DNA from: Escherichia phage ManiMatter_Bas94
Length of the DNA: 64,000 nt
Sequence record: PQ850617.1
Strand: one strand, 5' to 3'
Under the pieces are notes generated by a model. It was not told the DNA's origin and did no database searches. It saw only the letters and a list, made by a program, of their open reading frames with translations. The stretch's first letter is position 1. Every line of letters begins with the position of its first letter. Of this stretch, positions 48,842 to 58,037 are shown in pieces. Both the position numbers and the translations under genes were made by a program.

Positions 48842-49805
48842 TGTAATACTCCACTAGTTCAGAAAAGAGAGATGAGATTGTGTTACCGATTTCTTCAGGA
48901 TTAAGACCAGAATCTATTCCAGTACGCTGAATTATTCGTGCTGTAAAGTTTTGTACTGTAATGTTTTCCAACTTATTGTCTATTGCTTCACGTTTGTGAC
49001 CATAACAGTTGGACCAGAGTTTTAACCACTCTGACATTGTTTCATACTCATCCGGATCTTGATCTTTAGCACGAGCAAATCTTCGTAAGACATCTGTGTT
49101 GTGGTTACGAACATAACCATTCTCGTTGTCACCAACACCGAAGGGGTTTTGAACCCATACTTGCTTCGTGTATTCATCAGAGTCAACAACCAAAGGAAGG
49201 AATGCTGCTGCTGACATATTGTTGTCAATAACAACAGACGTGCTTTCACTACTCCCATTGGAAGCTCCTCGTTGAGACCACCTACCAAAGAAGTCACGAC
49301 CCAACCCAGCTAACAATAGAGCGATGCCAATGCGTTTACGCTTCAGCCACTCTTCCCTGTCTTCAATTCCTTCTGCTAGGAAATCCATTCCACGATACTG
49401 CCCTTCCAAAATGCTACGGAAGAGCATAAGTCCTGTGAAGATTTGATCTGCTGGATGCTCACGGAGGTTGACAGCTACGCTATTCGCTGAAGTGATTGTG
49501 AATACATCGCGATAGCAAGACATGGAGTTCATAATATCTGCTGTTTCAACCAAGTTCTTTTCAATATAAGATGCATCATGACCGTGAAAAGAGTGAGTCC
49601 AGTAATTCAGCATCTCCAGTTGCAAGTTGATATCACGGTTGAAGCGTCTATAACGCCCCTCTTCCATGATAACTTCGCCATTAATATCGCTTACGCATTG
49701 GCCTTGCATGTAGTTGTGAATACCGAAGCACCCACGACCTAAGAACTTCTGTTCCCCTAAATCTTGTTGAAGATTCAGAGGTACGATCGTTGTGGAGATT
49801 GACAT
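48834..49805 (-). CDS. Hypothetical protein
   Basis: 323-aa ORF. Confidence 0.4.
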   Translation of the reverse strand: MSISTTIVPLNLQQDLGEQKFLGRGCFGIHNYMQGQCVSDINGEVIMEEGRYRRFNRDINLQLEMLNYWTHSFHGHDASYIEKNLVETADIMNSMSCYRDVFTITSANSVAVNLREHPADQIFTGLMLFRSILEGQYRGMDFLAEGIEDREEWLKRKRIGIALLLAGLGRDFFGRWSQRGASNGSSESTSVVIDNNMSAAAFLPLVVDSDEYTKQVWVQNPFGVGDNENGYVRNHNTDVLRRFARAKDQDPDEYETMSEWLKLWSNCYGHKREAIDNKLENITVQNFTARIIQRTGIDSGLNPEEIGNTISSLFSELVEYYND

Positions 49806-49815
49806 AACTAACCTT

Positions 49816-51012
49816 TTATTTTCCTAAAAATAATCCGCTCATAATACCATCCCACTCAGAGGATGGGATCACTGAATACTCCGAACTTTGGTCCAGAGTT
49901 CCACTACTAAATCGCTGAACAATGTTATAGATGTTGAACAGGTCTTTAGCCTCAGTACGGATACCGTAGACTAATTTATCAGATGTTCTTTCATCTTTAG
50001 ATACCCGACGAGCAAAATTAACCAGAAGGTTGTCACATTTAAGCGTTTCTGACCCACTCTCTACCAAATCAGGGTGCATCACAGGCAAGAACATCGAGTT
50101 ATTGACTCGCAACTCTGCTGTTTCGTCATTCTCATAATGAATCCACTTAAAGTCTTCATCACGGAAGTGACCACAACCATCTCTGTACGACTGCTGACGC
50201 CAAGGCACTTGAAATGCTTCAGCGTATTTATCAGCCATGCCGACTGTAAACAGCGACGCTGGGAAGATACAAGCATCCCAATCATTACCAACCAGAGTTG
50301 CTTTAGTTTCCCCCAAGAGGTTAGTGTAAGTGCTAACCATTCGGGAGTAAATGTAAGCCTGAAGAATTGTCCAGCCTTCAATCAACCATTTATGAAGGAA
50401 GGTTTCAACTTGACTCTCTTCGTCTTCGCAATAGAAGGTTCGGTCTAGCATTAAATAGAACAGACAACGATCAGCAGGGATGTTCTCAGTTGCTACACCC
50501 ATAAAACCTTTCTCGTGCCAGCGTAAACAGGAGGGACGATCTTTGTCCACAAATGCTTCCATAGCTTCCAGTACAGCACGAGGTGAGGTTTGGTATTCAG
50601 GGTTTTTACTATTCCAACGATCAATGTTGTTCTTAGGAGGTGTGTCTTCATCTTCATACGAACACCAACTTAAAGCTTCGGATACATGCTCTGCGTCATG
50701 CCAACGTCTAAAACCTAACATCTTCATGTGAGTTCCGGAGTTCCAGATATGCTTGATTTTACACATATCCATCTCTCGGCTTAACAGGAACTCTTCCCCA
50801 TCAGCACTACGAACGTTAGCTTCTTCATGCCACACTCGAACGTGCATATTCCACCCATGAGTTGCCTCATACATATTAGGGTCGAAGTATTCATATTCGT
50901 CGTCATCTTCATCAACGCCACCATTATAGTTGCGAAGCTGAAGGAATCCATAACAAGGAGGGTTAACCGTTAAAACATTACCTTCAGTATCTTCTAATGT
51001 TACTGGAAACAT
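49816..51012 (-). CDS. Hypothetical protein
   Basis: 398-aa ORF. Confidence 0.4.
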   Translation of the reverse strand: MFPVTLEDTEGNVLTVNPPCYGFLQLRNYNGGVDEDDDEYEYFDPNMYEATHGWNMHVRVWHEEANVRSADGEEFLLSREMDMCKIKHIWNSGTHMKMLGFRRWHDAEHVSEALSWCSYEDEDTPPKNNIDRWNSKNPEYQTSPRAVLEAMEAFVDKDRPSCLRWHEKGFMGVATENIPADRCLFYLMLDRTFYCEDEESQVETFLHKWLIEGWTILQAYIYSRMVSTYTNLLGETKATLVGNDWDACIFPASLFTVGMADKYAEAFQVPWRQQSYRDGCGHFRDEDFKWIHYENDETAELRVNNSMFLPVMHPDLVESGSETLKCDNLLVNFARRVSKDERTSDKLVYGIRTEAKDLFNIYNIVQRFSSGTLDQSSEYSVIPSSEWDGIMSGLFLGK

Positions 51013-51023
51013 TATACCAACCT

Positions 51024-51386
51024 CTATTGGTTTTTAATCAACTCAATAGACTTACGGATATAAAGAATATCTCGGAAGTTTCTGTAGTTGTTCATAAATT
51101 GATGCTTCTGGAACTCAGCTTCTTCCAGAGCTTTCTTTGCGTCTGCGTAGTTTTTACGGGCAAGACATACAACCCGCTCTGGTAACATGTTTGCACGATG
51201 GATTAGATACTTGTGAGCTTTCATATTGCTTTGCTCACGAGCAATCTTACCTTTAGCAACTTTGATACCATTTGCAATCCAAGCAAGTTCTTGCTCAAGC
51301 TCATCGTTGGACATTCCACCGAGGTTTGATGCAACCTTGTTCAGAGTTTCAATATTAACGTTGCCCTTAATGGGACGTGTATTCAT
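51024..51386 (-). CDS. Hypothetical protein
   Basis: 120-aa ORF. Confidence 0.4.
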   Translation of the reverse strand: MNTRPIKGNVNIETLNKVASNLGGMSNDELEQELAWIANGIKVAKGKIAREQSNMKAHKYLIHRANMLPERVVCLARKNYADAKKALEEAEFQKHQFMNNYRNFRDILYIRKSIELIKNQ

Positions 51387-51772
51387 ACTTACTCCTGTTG
51401 TTTACACTCGTCAATAACCCACTGATAAGTGGATTGCCCAGAAAAGAAACACTGAATAAATCCAGATGTTCTCTGCGTTACCAGTGCTAGTGCACATATC
51501 ACTACCGCTGCTGCTAGCAGTTTCATATCTAATTTAGACATATTTCCTCTCTTTGAATTTAAAAAAGGACTCTCCGAAAAGAGCCAAACTTTAAATCCAA
51601 AAAAAGATATTACCCAATATCTGTGGATAACCTGCTCTTAAAATATCTATCCGACGGATGTTTGAGGAACACTCCTCGCCCTAGCATCGGCCCCATACGG
51701 GAAATAAATTAAGATTAGGTTAGTTGAGTCAGAATAACTCACATAGCCTTCTCCGGAAGAAGGCTATAGATG

Positions 51773-52006
51773 TTACTCGCCTTTCTTAGCACGATCTTTG
51801 GCAGTTTTGCCAGTGCGGATGCGGTGTGAAACGTTAACCAGAGTGCCACCATCAACTACGGTAACGCTCTTGTTTTTAGCCAGATCAAACACAGCCTTCT
51901 CTGTGCCACCCAAGCGAATTTGCTTAGGTTCACTGAAGGTTTGGGTTGATTTAGATTGGAACTGGAACGGTTGACGGATTGCATCAATTGCACTTACTTT
52001 AGACAT
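51773..52006 (-). CDS. Hypothetical protein
   Basis: 77-aa ORF. Confidence 0.35.
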   Translation of the reverse strand: MSKVSAIDAIRQPFQFQSKSTQTFSEPKQIRLGGTEKAVFDLAKNKSVTVVDGGTLVNVSHRIRTGKTAKDRAKKGE

Positions 52007-52232
52007 AGGGGAAATTCCTTAAAAAATCATGGCTGCGTAGAGGGAATTCCCTACGCAAATTAGGCCGCCTAAAAAGAGGCGTCATAGTACTAAAAGGAGG
52101 AGAGAAGAGGGCTTATTTAGCTACCTTTTTCTGTCCGTTTACGAACCAGATAATTGTTCCATCAGGTTGTCGTTGACCAAAGCCTTTCTGGTTAATCATA
52201 TCGTCATAAGAATATGCTTTACGTCTCATCTG

Positions 52233-52478
52233 TCACTCCTGAACAACTGACATACGAATCATTTCTACCGGAGTGTCACCTTTCATAACACCCAGCACAC
52301 CAGTCAGAAGATTAACTGTAGTAATCCAGTCTTTTTCTACAGAGATTTTGCTGGATACATTGGCAACACGCATATGATACTGAGGTGATGCTGTTCCTCT
52401 CTGAACTACGAAAGGGTTTCCGGGAATAATTGTAGCCAGCGAAACTGTGTTATCTTTAATCTTTGGGATGATTTTCAT
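52233..52478 (-). CDS. Hypothetical protein
   Basis: 81-aa ORF. Confidence 0.35.
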   Translation of the reverse strand: MKIIPKIKDNTVSLATIIPGNPFVVQRGTASPQYHMRVANVSSKISVEKDWITTVNLLTGVLGVMKGDTPVEMIRMSVVQE

Positions 52479-52486
52479 CTTGATTC

Positions 52487-52798
52487 CTATTTAAGTTTAA
52501 GGCTAACATTAAGGTGCATACACGCCCTGTTCTGTACAGCGGCATAACTTCTACCGAGCATGTCTGCCATTCTCTGAATAGGCATGAACCCAGCATTACG
52601 AATAACAAACTGATCTTCTTCTTCCGTCCACTTGACACGTAGAGAAGCCCTTGATATACCAAACTTGGTACAGGCTGTGTTAACAGCATTCTCTGTAACA
52701 TTCATAATCTGAGCAACTTCTTGAACCGAATACTCTTTGATTAGTCTCCGAAGATTTTCAATCTGCATCGGAGTCCATATAGTTCTTCGTGCTTTCAT
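52487..52798 (-). CDS. Hypothetical protein, possible HTH
   Basis: 103-aa ORF. Confidence 0.35.
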   Translation of the reverse strand: MKARRTIWTPMQIENLRRLIKEYSVQEVAQIMNVTENAVNTACTKFGISRASLRVKWTEEEDQFVIRNAGFMPIQRMADMLGRSYAAVQNRACMHLNVSLKLK

Positions 52799-53093
52799 AT
52801 ACCCTCCAATTAAACATTTATATAAGACTTGCTTAGATAAAGATTCAATAAAATAGGGGGAGGGGACGAATCCTCCCTTATCCTATTAATTAGTATTGCA
52901 TGTAAGATCTAACAATCGGTTTCCTTTGTAGGAATAAGCGTTATGCTCATCCAGCACTAAACTCCCGCCCCCTTAGTGGGCTGGGTTATTAAAGGGTAAC
53001 GCCCTTATGGGCTAGTTACGTGAATGTTAGTTTGATAGGAGATCTGAAGTCCTATCTCAAAGGACTCTCGTAAGAATCCTTCACGATAAGCTC

Positions 53094-53381
53094 TTAATAT
53101 ACTAATCCGTGTAAGAGAAACACTCTATTAGTTAACTCTGCTTTAGCTCTGTAATAAGCCTTAGAACCTAACAGGCGGCTCTTAACAAAGAACTTGATGT
53201 CATTGCTTACGTCTTGTATTAAACGCTCCTGTACAGCTTCTGAGGAGCTATTAATTGAATCAATTAACACCTTTGTAGATGTGTAATTCACATCACCACT
53301 CCTTACCGGTTGTAGTTGTAGAGCCACCACACCACTGTGCATCAGATAAGGTTTTAGTCTCCTCATCCATTGCTGCACCAT
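53094..53381 (-). CDS. Hypothetical protein
   Basis: 95-aa ORF. Confidence 0.35.
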   Translation of the reverse strand: MVQQWMRRLKPYLMHSGVVALQLQPVRSGDVNYTSTKVLIDSINSSSEAVQERLIQDVSNDIKFFVKSRLLGSKAYYRAKAELTNRVFLLHGLVY

Positions 53382-53574
53382 TCATGCATGAGATACCATT
53401 GTAACGCATATCAATTTCGCCAGAAGGAACCTTCTCACCTTTATGCCAGCGAGATACACAAATACCTTCCACTGCTACTGCACACCATCCATCAGGACGG
53501 CTCTGTACGCAGCCTGTAAGGGCCACACAGACAATGAAGATACAGATTAAGGATATTACACCACTCCAACTCAT
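53293..53574 (-). CDS. Cys-rich lipoprotein candidate
   Basis: From internal Met: MSWSGVISLICIFIVCVALTGC with lipobox-like LTGC. Confidence 0.35.
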   Translation of the reverse strand: MSWSGVISLICIFIVCVALTGCVQSRPDGWCAVAVEGICVSRWHKGEKVPSGEIDMRYNGISCMNGAAMDEETKTLSDAQWCGGSTTTTGKEW

Positions 53575-53597
53575 AACACACCTCCAAGAGCTTCTAG

Positions 53598-53676
53598 TGA
53601 GGATGACAGGATTTGAACCTGCATACTCCAATTACTTCTTTAACGACCGCTTAGAAGGCGGGGAAGATACATCCTC
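53598..53676 (-). other. tRNA-like element (perfect acceptor stem and T-arm, non-canonical body)
   Basis: Minus strand GAGGATG...GCAGG-TTCAAAT-CCTGT-CATCCTC-A; no 5-bp anticodon stem found by hand. Confidence 0.25.
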
Positions 53677-53717
53677 ATTAAGAATTCTCGTTAAAGCTGG
53701 TTTAAATCACATCAACC

Positions 53718-53969
53718 TCAAGCACAAGCAGGGAGAGTGATGATTTTATACTTGCCATCAAATTCTCCAAACAAACCTAAGAATGTAGGACTATAAGTAC
53801 CAGTACAAACAAACTCATCAAACAGTTCGTTATAGCTAGGCTTAATCTTCCAAGCCCATACATAACCCATCTTGTCAATTGCAATGTAACGAGTGTTTAG
53901 AGGAACAGTCATCATCACACCATCAACTTCGACCACTTTAGTGATTGGTGCAGCTTGGAAGTTTTTCAT
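53718..53969 (-). CDS. Hypothetical protein
   Basis: 83-aa ORF. Confidence 0.35.
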   Translation of the reverse strand: MKNFQAAPITKVVEVDGVMMTVPLNTRYIAIDKMGYVWAWKIKPSYNELFDEFVCTGTYSPTFLGLFGEFDGKYKIITLPACA

Positions 53970-53993
53970 ACTTTACCTTTAATTAAAACAACA

Positions 53994-54018
53994 AAGGCCA
54001 CCCAATCGGGCAGCCTTT
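53994..54018 (-). terminator. Rho-independent terminator (minus strand)
   Basis: RNA hairpin AGGCUGCCC-GAUU-GGGUGGCCU then U-rich; near-identical to hairpin at 31501-31532. Confidence 0.5.
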
Positions 54019-54021
54019 CTT

Positions 54022-54273
54022 TTATTGACTCACACCACGAATCAAATGATTCTGTAGCATTTCATCTTCTGCATTATAAAGGAATGCGAACATCAATTCC
54101 TTAGCCACATCTCTTGAGCAGTTAAGACACTTAGAGATTTGAGCTAGTTGCATATTACGTTCGGTGTGCTCCACTAAGGCAATGCGAATGATCTCTCGCA
54201 TACCTATTACATGGGCTGTTTTAACCGGCATAGGTCCAATTACCTTGCTTGTCACGGATAGTGGACATTGCAT
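54022..54273 (-). CDS. Hypothetical protein
   Basis: 83-aa ORF. Confidence 0.35.
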   Translation of the reverse strand: MQCPLSVTSKVIGPMPVKTAHVIGMREIIRIALVEHTERNMQLAQISKCLNCSRDVAKELMFAFLYNAEDEMLQNHLIRGVSQ

Positions 54274-54661
54274 GAACCCAGAAGCCTTCCAGTTTCAGAG
54301 CACCATTAGTTACTGCATCCATACGTTCAGGGCGGTTCATACGTTTGGTTGATACTTTCATACCTATCTCTCTTTGTTAGTGAAGGCATTATTGCCAGTT
54401 GATATAGCAGATAGCCCTATTAAAAAGGACTACCGACTATCTAAACTGGTGAAGACTCCCTACCCCTAGGAAGTCTCCTGAATCCCAAACCAATATGTAC
54501 CCCTACATATCGGAAAGTCTACCGAAAATTAACAGGTTTTAGTCTAACACCGGATGTTCGAGCAAGCTCTCCCTAGCGGTGTGGCATATGCCTGATTTAA
54601 TAAGTTAATGAGGAACACCCTCACATAGCCCTCTGATAAGCACAAGGGCTATAAGTCGGTG

Positions 54662-54958
54662 TTACTTGTCGGCTTCAATCTCTTGATGCTTAGCTATAGC
54701 TACTCGCAAGTCCTCATTAGCACGAGTAAGGCGTAATACTTCATGGTTGAGATTCTGAAGACGCTTGTTTCTATCTTCAACTTGCGTAATAAGATCATTA
54801 AGAGTTGCTTTAACTTTCTCATTATACATCTCATCCACTCGGACTAGAGATTTGTACATTCTCTCCCAGCTTGCTGCTTTGTTCCTAAGGATAATAAATC
54901 CTATAACGCTGATAGTTAAACAGCTTACAAAAAGGAATTTATATATCTCTAAAGTCAT
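54662..54958 (-). CDS. Membrane-anchored coiled-coil protein
   Basis: N-terminal TM FLFVSCLTISVIGFIIL then heptad-rich region. Confidence 0.4.
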   Translation of the reverse strand: MTLEIYKFLFVSCLTISVIGFIILRNKAASWERMYKSLVRVDEMYNEKVKATLNDLITQVEDRNKRLQNLNHEVLRLTRANEDLRVAIAKHQEIEADK

Positions 54959-55157
54959 ATTATTTACCCTTTATCAGAGATTAAAAGTAATATTATTTAA
55001 GTAAGTTATATTTAGTAAACTTATTTTCTAAGAAATTTTCAAAGGGTCTATATACAGAGCATTACCCATAGTCCCAGAACACTACCATCTTTTTCAATAA
55101 ATTTACTAAGTGGTTGGTTTATAAAGGAATTTAGTTTGTCAAATCTGGCACTAGTGA

Positions 55158-55547
55158 TTATTCCCTAGAGCTATTATCGAACACTAAATCACCACAATAC
55201 ATAGGATTGGCATACCATTTTGGCACCCCTTCGCTCTTACTCTGAAAGTAAGTCCCACTGTACAGCGGAACATAATTCTTCTTAAGGGCACGTTTAGCAA
55301 GTCTCTCGCTTTCTCCAATGGCTTGCTTAGTCATCGGATTTTTATCACGAATCAGCTTTACATAACGTTTATAAGGTTTCTCCTGTTTTAATAGTACCGG
55401 AATCCACTCAAACTGGTTCTTTTGTCTTATCACCTGTTCAGCGGTCAGTTTTCGTTGGGCCATTCTATTTATCACGGTATCCGCAACCATAGCCTTACAT
55501 GCGGTTGGCTGATTCCCTGCCTCATAATAAATAGTCAATGTCAACAT
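55158..55547 (-). CDS. Cell-wall hydrolase-like protein (SleB/CwlJ-type)
   Basis: TIYYEAGNQPTACKAMVADTVINRMAQ resembles the family's N-terminal signature. Confidence 0.45.
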   Translation of the reverse strand: MLTLTIYYEAGNQPTACKAMVADTVINRMAQRKLTAEQVIRQKNQFEWIPVLLKQEKPYKRYVKLIRDKNPMTKQAIGESERLAKRALKKNYVPLYSGTYFQSKSEGVPKWYANPMYCGDLVFDNSSRE

Positions 55548-55801
55548 TAGCTGGGCCGTTGTTATCAGAACTTGCTACCTCCTCTCAGGATAAAACACCT
55601 TTCATGTATGCCTTACTCGAAGCCCTCCTTGTGGCTTTTAGTATGGATTGCTTAGCCTTATTCTTAGCTTCTTCTGTCATTCCATCAAAAACACCGAGCT
55701 TAGTTAGCTCCTTACTAGGAGGCTTATAGGAAGGGTTTAAAGCATTAGATAAATTATGACCATAGGCATGACCACGGCACAATAAAGAAGAAAGATTAAG
55801 C

Positions 55802-56167
55802 CTATGGATTTACACATTGACCGTTACCGGATGCGATTTCATTCATTGACTCATCAAACAAGGTTAGGGATGAGCGCATCAAGTGATCGACCGTGATTTG
55901 TTTACCGGTAGTTTCATTTACCAGTTGAATAGTTTTATCATATGATTGCACATGATCGAAATCATTTACATGCAAAATAATAACTTTAGGTGACTTTTTA
56001 CCAGTCGAATAGTTTTCTATCAAATAGGTGCACTGTAAACCTTCCACCGTATCAGGGGAAAATGTTGCAGCCTTTACACTACCCATAGCCGATAGGAGAA
56101 CGCCCAGCAGTAGAACGACCAGAAAAAAACCTACAACCATTTTAATGATGAATTTAATAAACCACAT
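55802..56167 (-). CDS. Membrane-anchored protein
   Basis: N-terminal TM VVGFFLVVLLLGVLL. Confidence 0.4.
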   Translation of the reverse strand: MWFIKFIIKMVVGFFLVVLLLGVLLSAMGSVKAATFSPDTVEGLQCTYLIENYSTGKKSPKVIILHVNDFDHVQSYDKTIQLVNETTGKQITVDHLMRSSLTLFDESMNEIASGNGQCVNP

Positions 56168-56269
56168 AACTATAAACCTTTTAATCAGAGGATGTAAGAA
56201 TAAAGCATATCAGCGACGAATAACGCCACTGTAACGACGAATAAGCAACGCCAGAAAAATCATTAAGCA

Positions 56270-56515
56270 TCATTTTAATCCGTGATTCAGTAGGTTCGCC
56301 AGTGATAGCCCACCGTCAAAATAAATTGAACGGAAGTCATCGCGGGTAATTTCAATCCCTACAGCAGATAACCAATCTTTGGCCTTTTTAAAATCCATGA
56401 CGCAGAAAGTAACGGTCGGGATTATTACATCACCAGCTTGCAAGCTAAACGCAATAAAAGTATCACACACAAAACAAGAAAAGCCGCTAGACAATTTAAC
56501 TTCTTTGATAGCCAT
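56270..56515 (-). CDS. Small Cys-containing protein, paralog A
   Basis: MAIKEVKLSSGFSCFVCDTFIAF...RDDFRSIYFDG; paralog at 61304-61555. Confidence 0.45.
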   Translation of the reverse strand: MAIKEVKLSSGFSCFVCDTFIAFSLQAGDVIIPTVTFCVMDFKKAKDWLSAVGIEITRDDFRSIYFDGGLSLANLLNHGLK

Positions 56516-56529
56516 AATTCTAACCCTTA

Positions 56530-57018
56530 TTATTTAGCACTGATGCAATTAGCTAGGTTGATGTGTACGGTATAAACCGCATTATTCTCACTATTGTAAA
56601 CCGTGGTGGCAAGCATTGATTCGTTTATCGGGCCATAACTGACTAGATTTGTAACAGCTTTCGCATGTTTGTAACGTTGTACAGTGCCAAATGTAACTAG
56701 TTCGGGATCGTTATCAGTGCGCTTTAATAGCAAATCATCATTGCCCTGATTATCTAGTGTTTTGGTACTAACGACCAGACCATCACGGGAAACGTTACTA
56801 AATTTAACCTTTAAGACGATTTGATTGGTGTCACTATCCGCACCGTTACAGATTAACCATTTGTTAGGTGCATCCTTCACGAACAAACTAGCGGCATTAT
56901 TAGCAGAAGCAGAACTAGCGATAGCGTTGTCAGAAAAAGAAGTTACCAGTGCACTGACACCGATGGCTGTAACCAGTGCATAACTTGCCAGATTAATAGT
57001 CTGCATTACTTTCGCCAT
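56530..57018 (-). CDS. Secreted protein candidate
   Basis: Signal-peptide-like INLASYALVTAIGVSALVTSFS. Confidence 0.4.
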   Translation of the reverse strand: MAKVMQTINLASYALVTAIGVSALVTSFSDNAIASSASANNAASLFVKDAPNKWLICNGADSDTNQIVLKVKFSNVSRDGLVVSTKTLDNQGNDDLLLKRTDNDPELVTFGTVQRYKHAKAVTNLVSYGPINESMLATTVYNSENNAVYTVHINLANCISAK

Positions 57019-57120
57019 TTTTGCTACCCCTTAGATAGAATCAATTAACTATTGCCACTTCTATAATACAAAGACGGTATTCAAGGTTACTACTCATACT
57101 TATACCTCCTGTTTTACGGG

Positions 57121-57148
57121 CATAAAAAAGCCCCAGCCGTAGCCGGGG
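57121..57148 (-). terminator. Rho-independent terminator (minus), distal of a tandem pair
   Basis: RNA hairpin GCCCCGGC-UACG-GCUGGGGC followed by UUUUUUAU. Confidence 0.65.
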
Positions 57149-57210
57149 CAAACCTGAAAGCAACGCATGACCGTTGCTATAAATACACTCGCAAATGCAC
57201 TTACAGCAAC

Positions 57211-57234
57211 GCAAAAAGCCGCTCAAAGGCGGCT
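57211..57234 (-). terminator. Rho-independent terminator (minus), proximal of a tandem pair
   Basis: Hairpin AGCCGCC/GGCGGCT followed by UUUUUG. Confidence 0.5.
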
Positions 57235-57314
57235 ATGTGGAAGCTTCAAATGGGGAGAGGGCACGACGCGGCAGAAAGAGCGTCATAGTACTAAAAGAGG
57301 GGGCTGCATTCCTA

Positions 57315-57758
57315 CTACTTAACCCTTGCTTCTTTGATGGGGTCAATATATTTTTCAACTCCCCACTTATGTTTGCTGTCTGCGTAGAATACATCAGGTG
57401 CGCATTGGCTTGTTTTAGGGAAGGCTTGCGGATCTTTGGTGCTCCCTTTAAACTTCTGTTTACCACGGGTGCGACCATTACAGAAGATTTCTAGTTTCTT
57501 CTCCTCTTCTGTTTTAGCTCCCCCGCTCTTTAATAGTGAACGTTTATGATCAGCTAACAGCAACGCATCAGCACGATGGGTACGATGGCCTACACGCTTG
57601 GGCACACTAGAAGGAATATGAGATTCAGCCTCAGCCCTTGCAGCACGACGCTTTAAACTACGCTTGCTAACATGATTAGTTGCCTTTGGTTTCTCTTTCT
57701 CCAATTCAGAAATAGAAAAACAACGCCCGCCCTTCATGCTGATTTTAGATTTAGCCAC
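57315..57758 (-). CDS. Basic hypothetical protein (early region)
   Basis: 147-aa Lys/Arg-rich ORF; preferred over overlapping 57233-57478. Confidence 0.4.
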   Translation of the reverse strand: MAKSKISMKGGRCFSISELEKEKPKATNHVSKRSLKRRAARAEAESHIPSSVPKRVGHRTHRADALLLADHKRSLLKSGGAKTEEEKKLEIFCNGRTRGKQKFKGSTKDPQAFPKTSQCAPDVFYADSKHKWGVEKYIDPIKEARVK

Positions 57759-57827
57759 TATCTTATTCCTTTCAGTGATAAGTTATATCGGGCAAGCCCA
57801 TCAAGGCGATAGGCTTGAACAAATAAC

Positions 57828-58037
57828 TCAACCAAGTAAACCAAATGATTTCCAACTACGCAGTAAGATCGTACCATCATCCATAGTTACGCATAATTTT
57901 AGTAGTCGCTTACTGGTACTGCTCACCGTTGTGATTCGTCCGGTTGTACATTTACCTTTATTGCTATAAAGATATATAACACGATGGCCTAACAAACGAG
58001 ATGGCGCTTTCTTAAATTCTGAAATGTTAGTGATCAT
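57828..58037 (-). CDS. Hypothetical protein
   Basis: 69-aa ORF. Confidence 0.35.
   Translation of the reverse strand: MITNISEFKKAPSRLLGHRVIYLYSNKGKCTTGRITTVSSTSKRLLKLCVTMDDGTILLRSWKSFGLLG

Noticed and set aside
53598-53676. Canonical tRNA gene (possibly tRNA-Arg, anticodon TCT)
   Set aside because: Acceptor stem and T-arm are perfect but no 5-bp anticodon stem or standard D-arm could be folded by hand; kept only as a tRNA-like element.
57233-57478. 81-aa ORF overlapping the 147-aa basic protein gene
   Set aside because: Its 3' end runs into the terminator hairpin at 57211-57234; the 147-aa frame ending at 57315 fits the terminator placement better.
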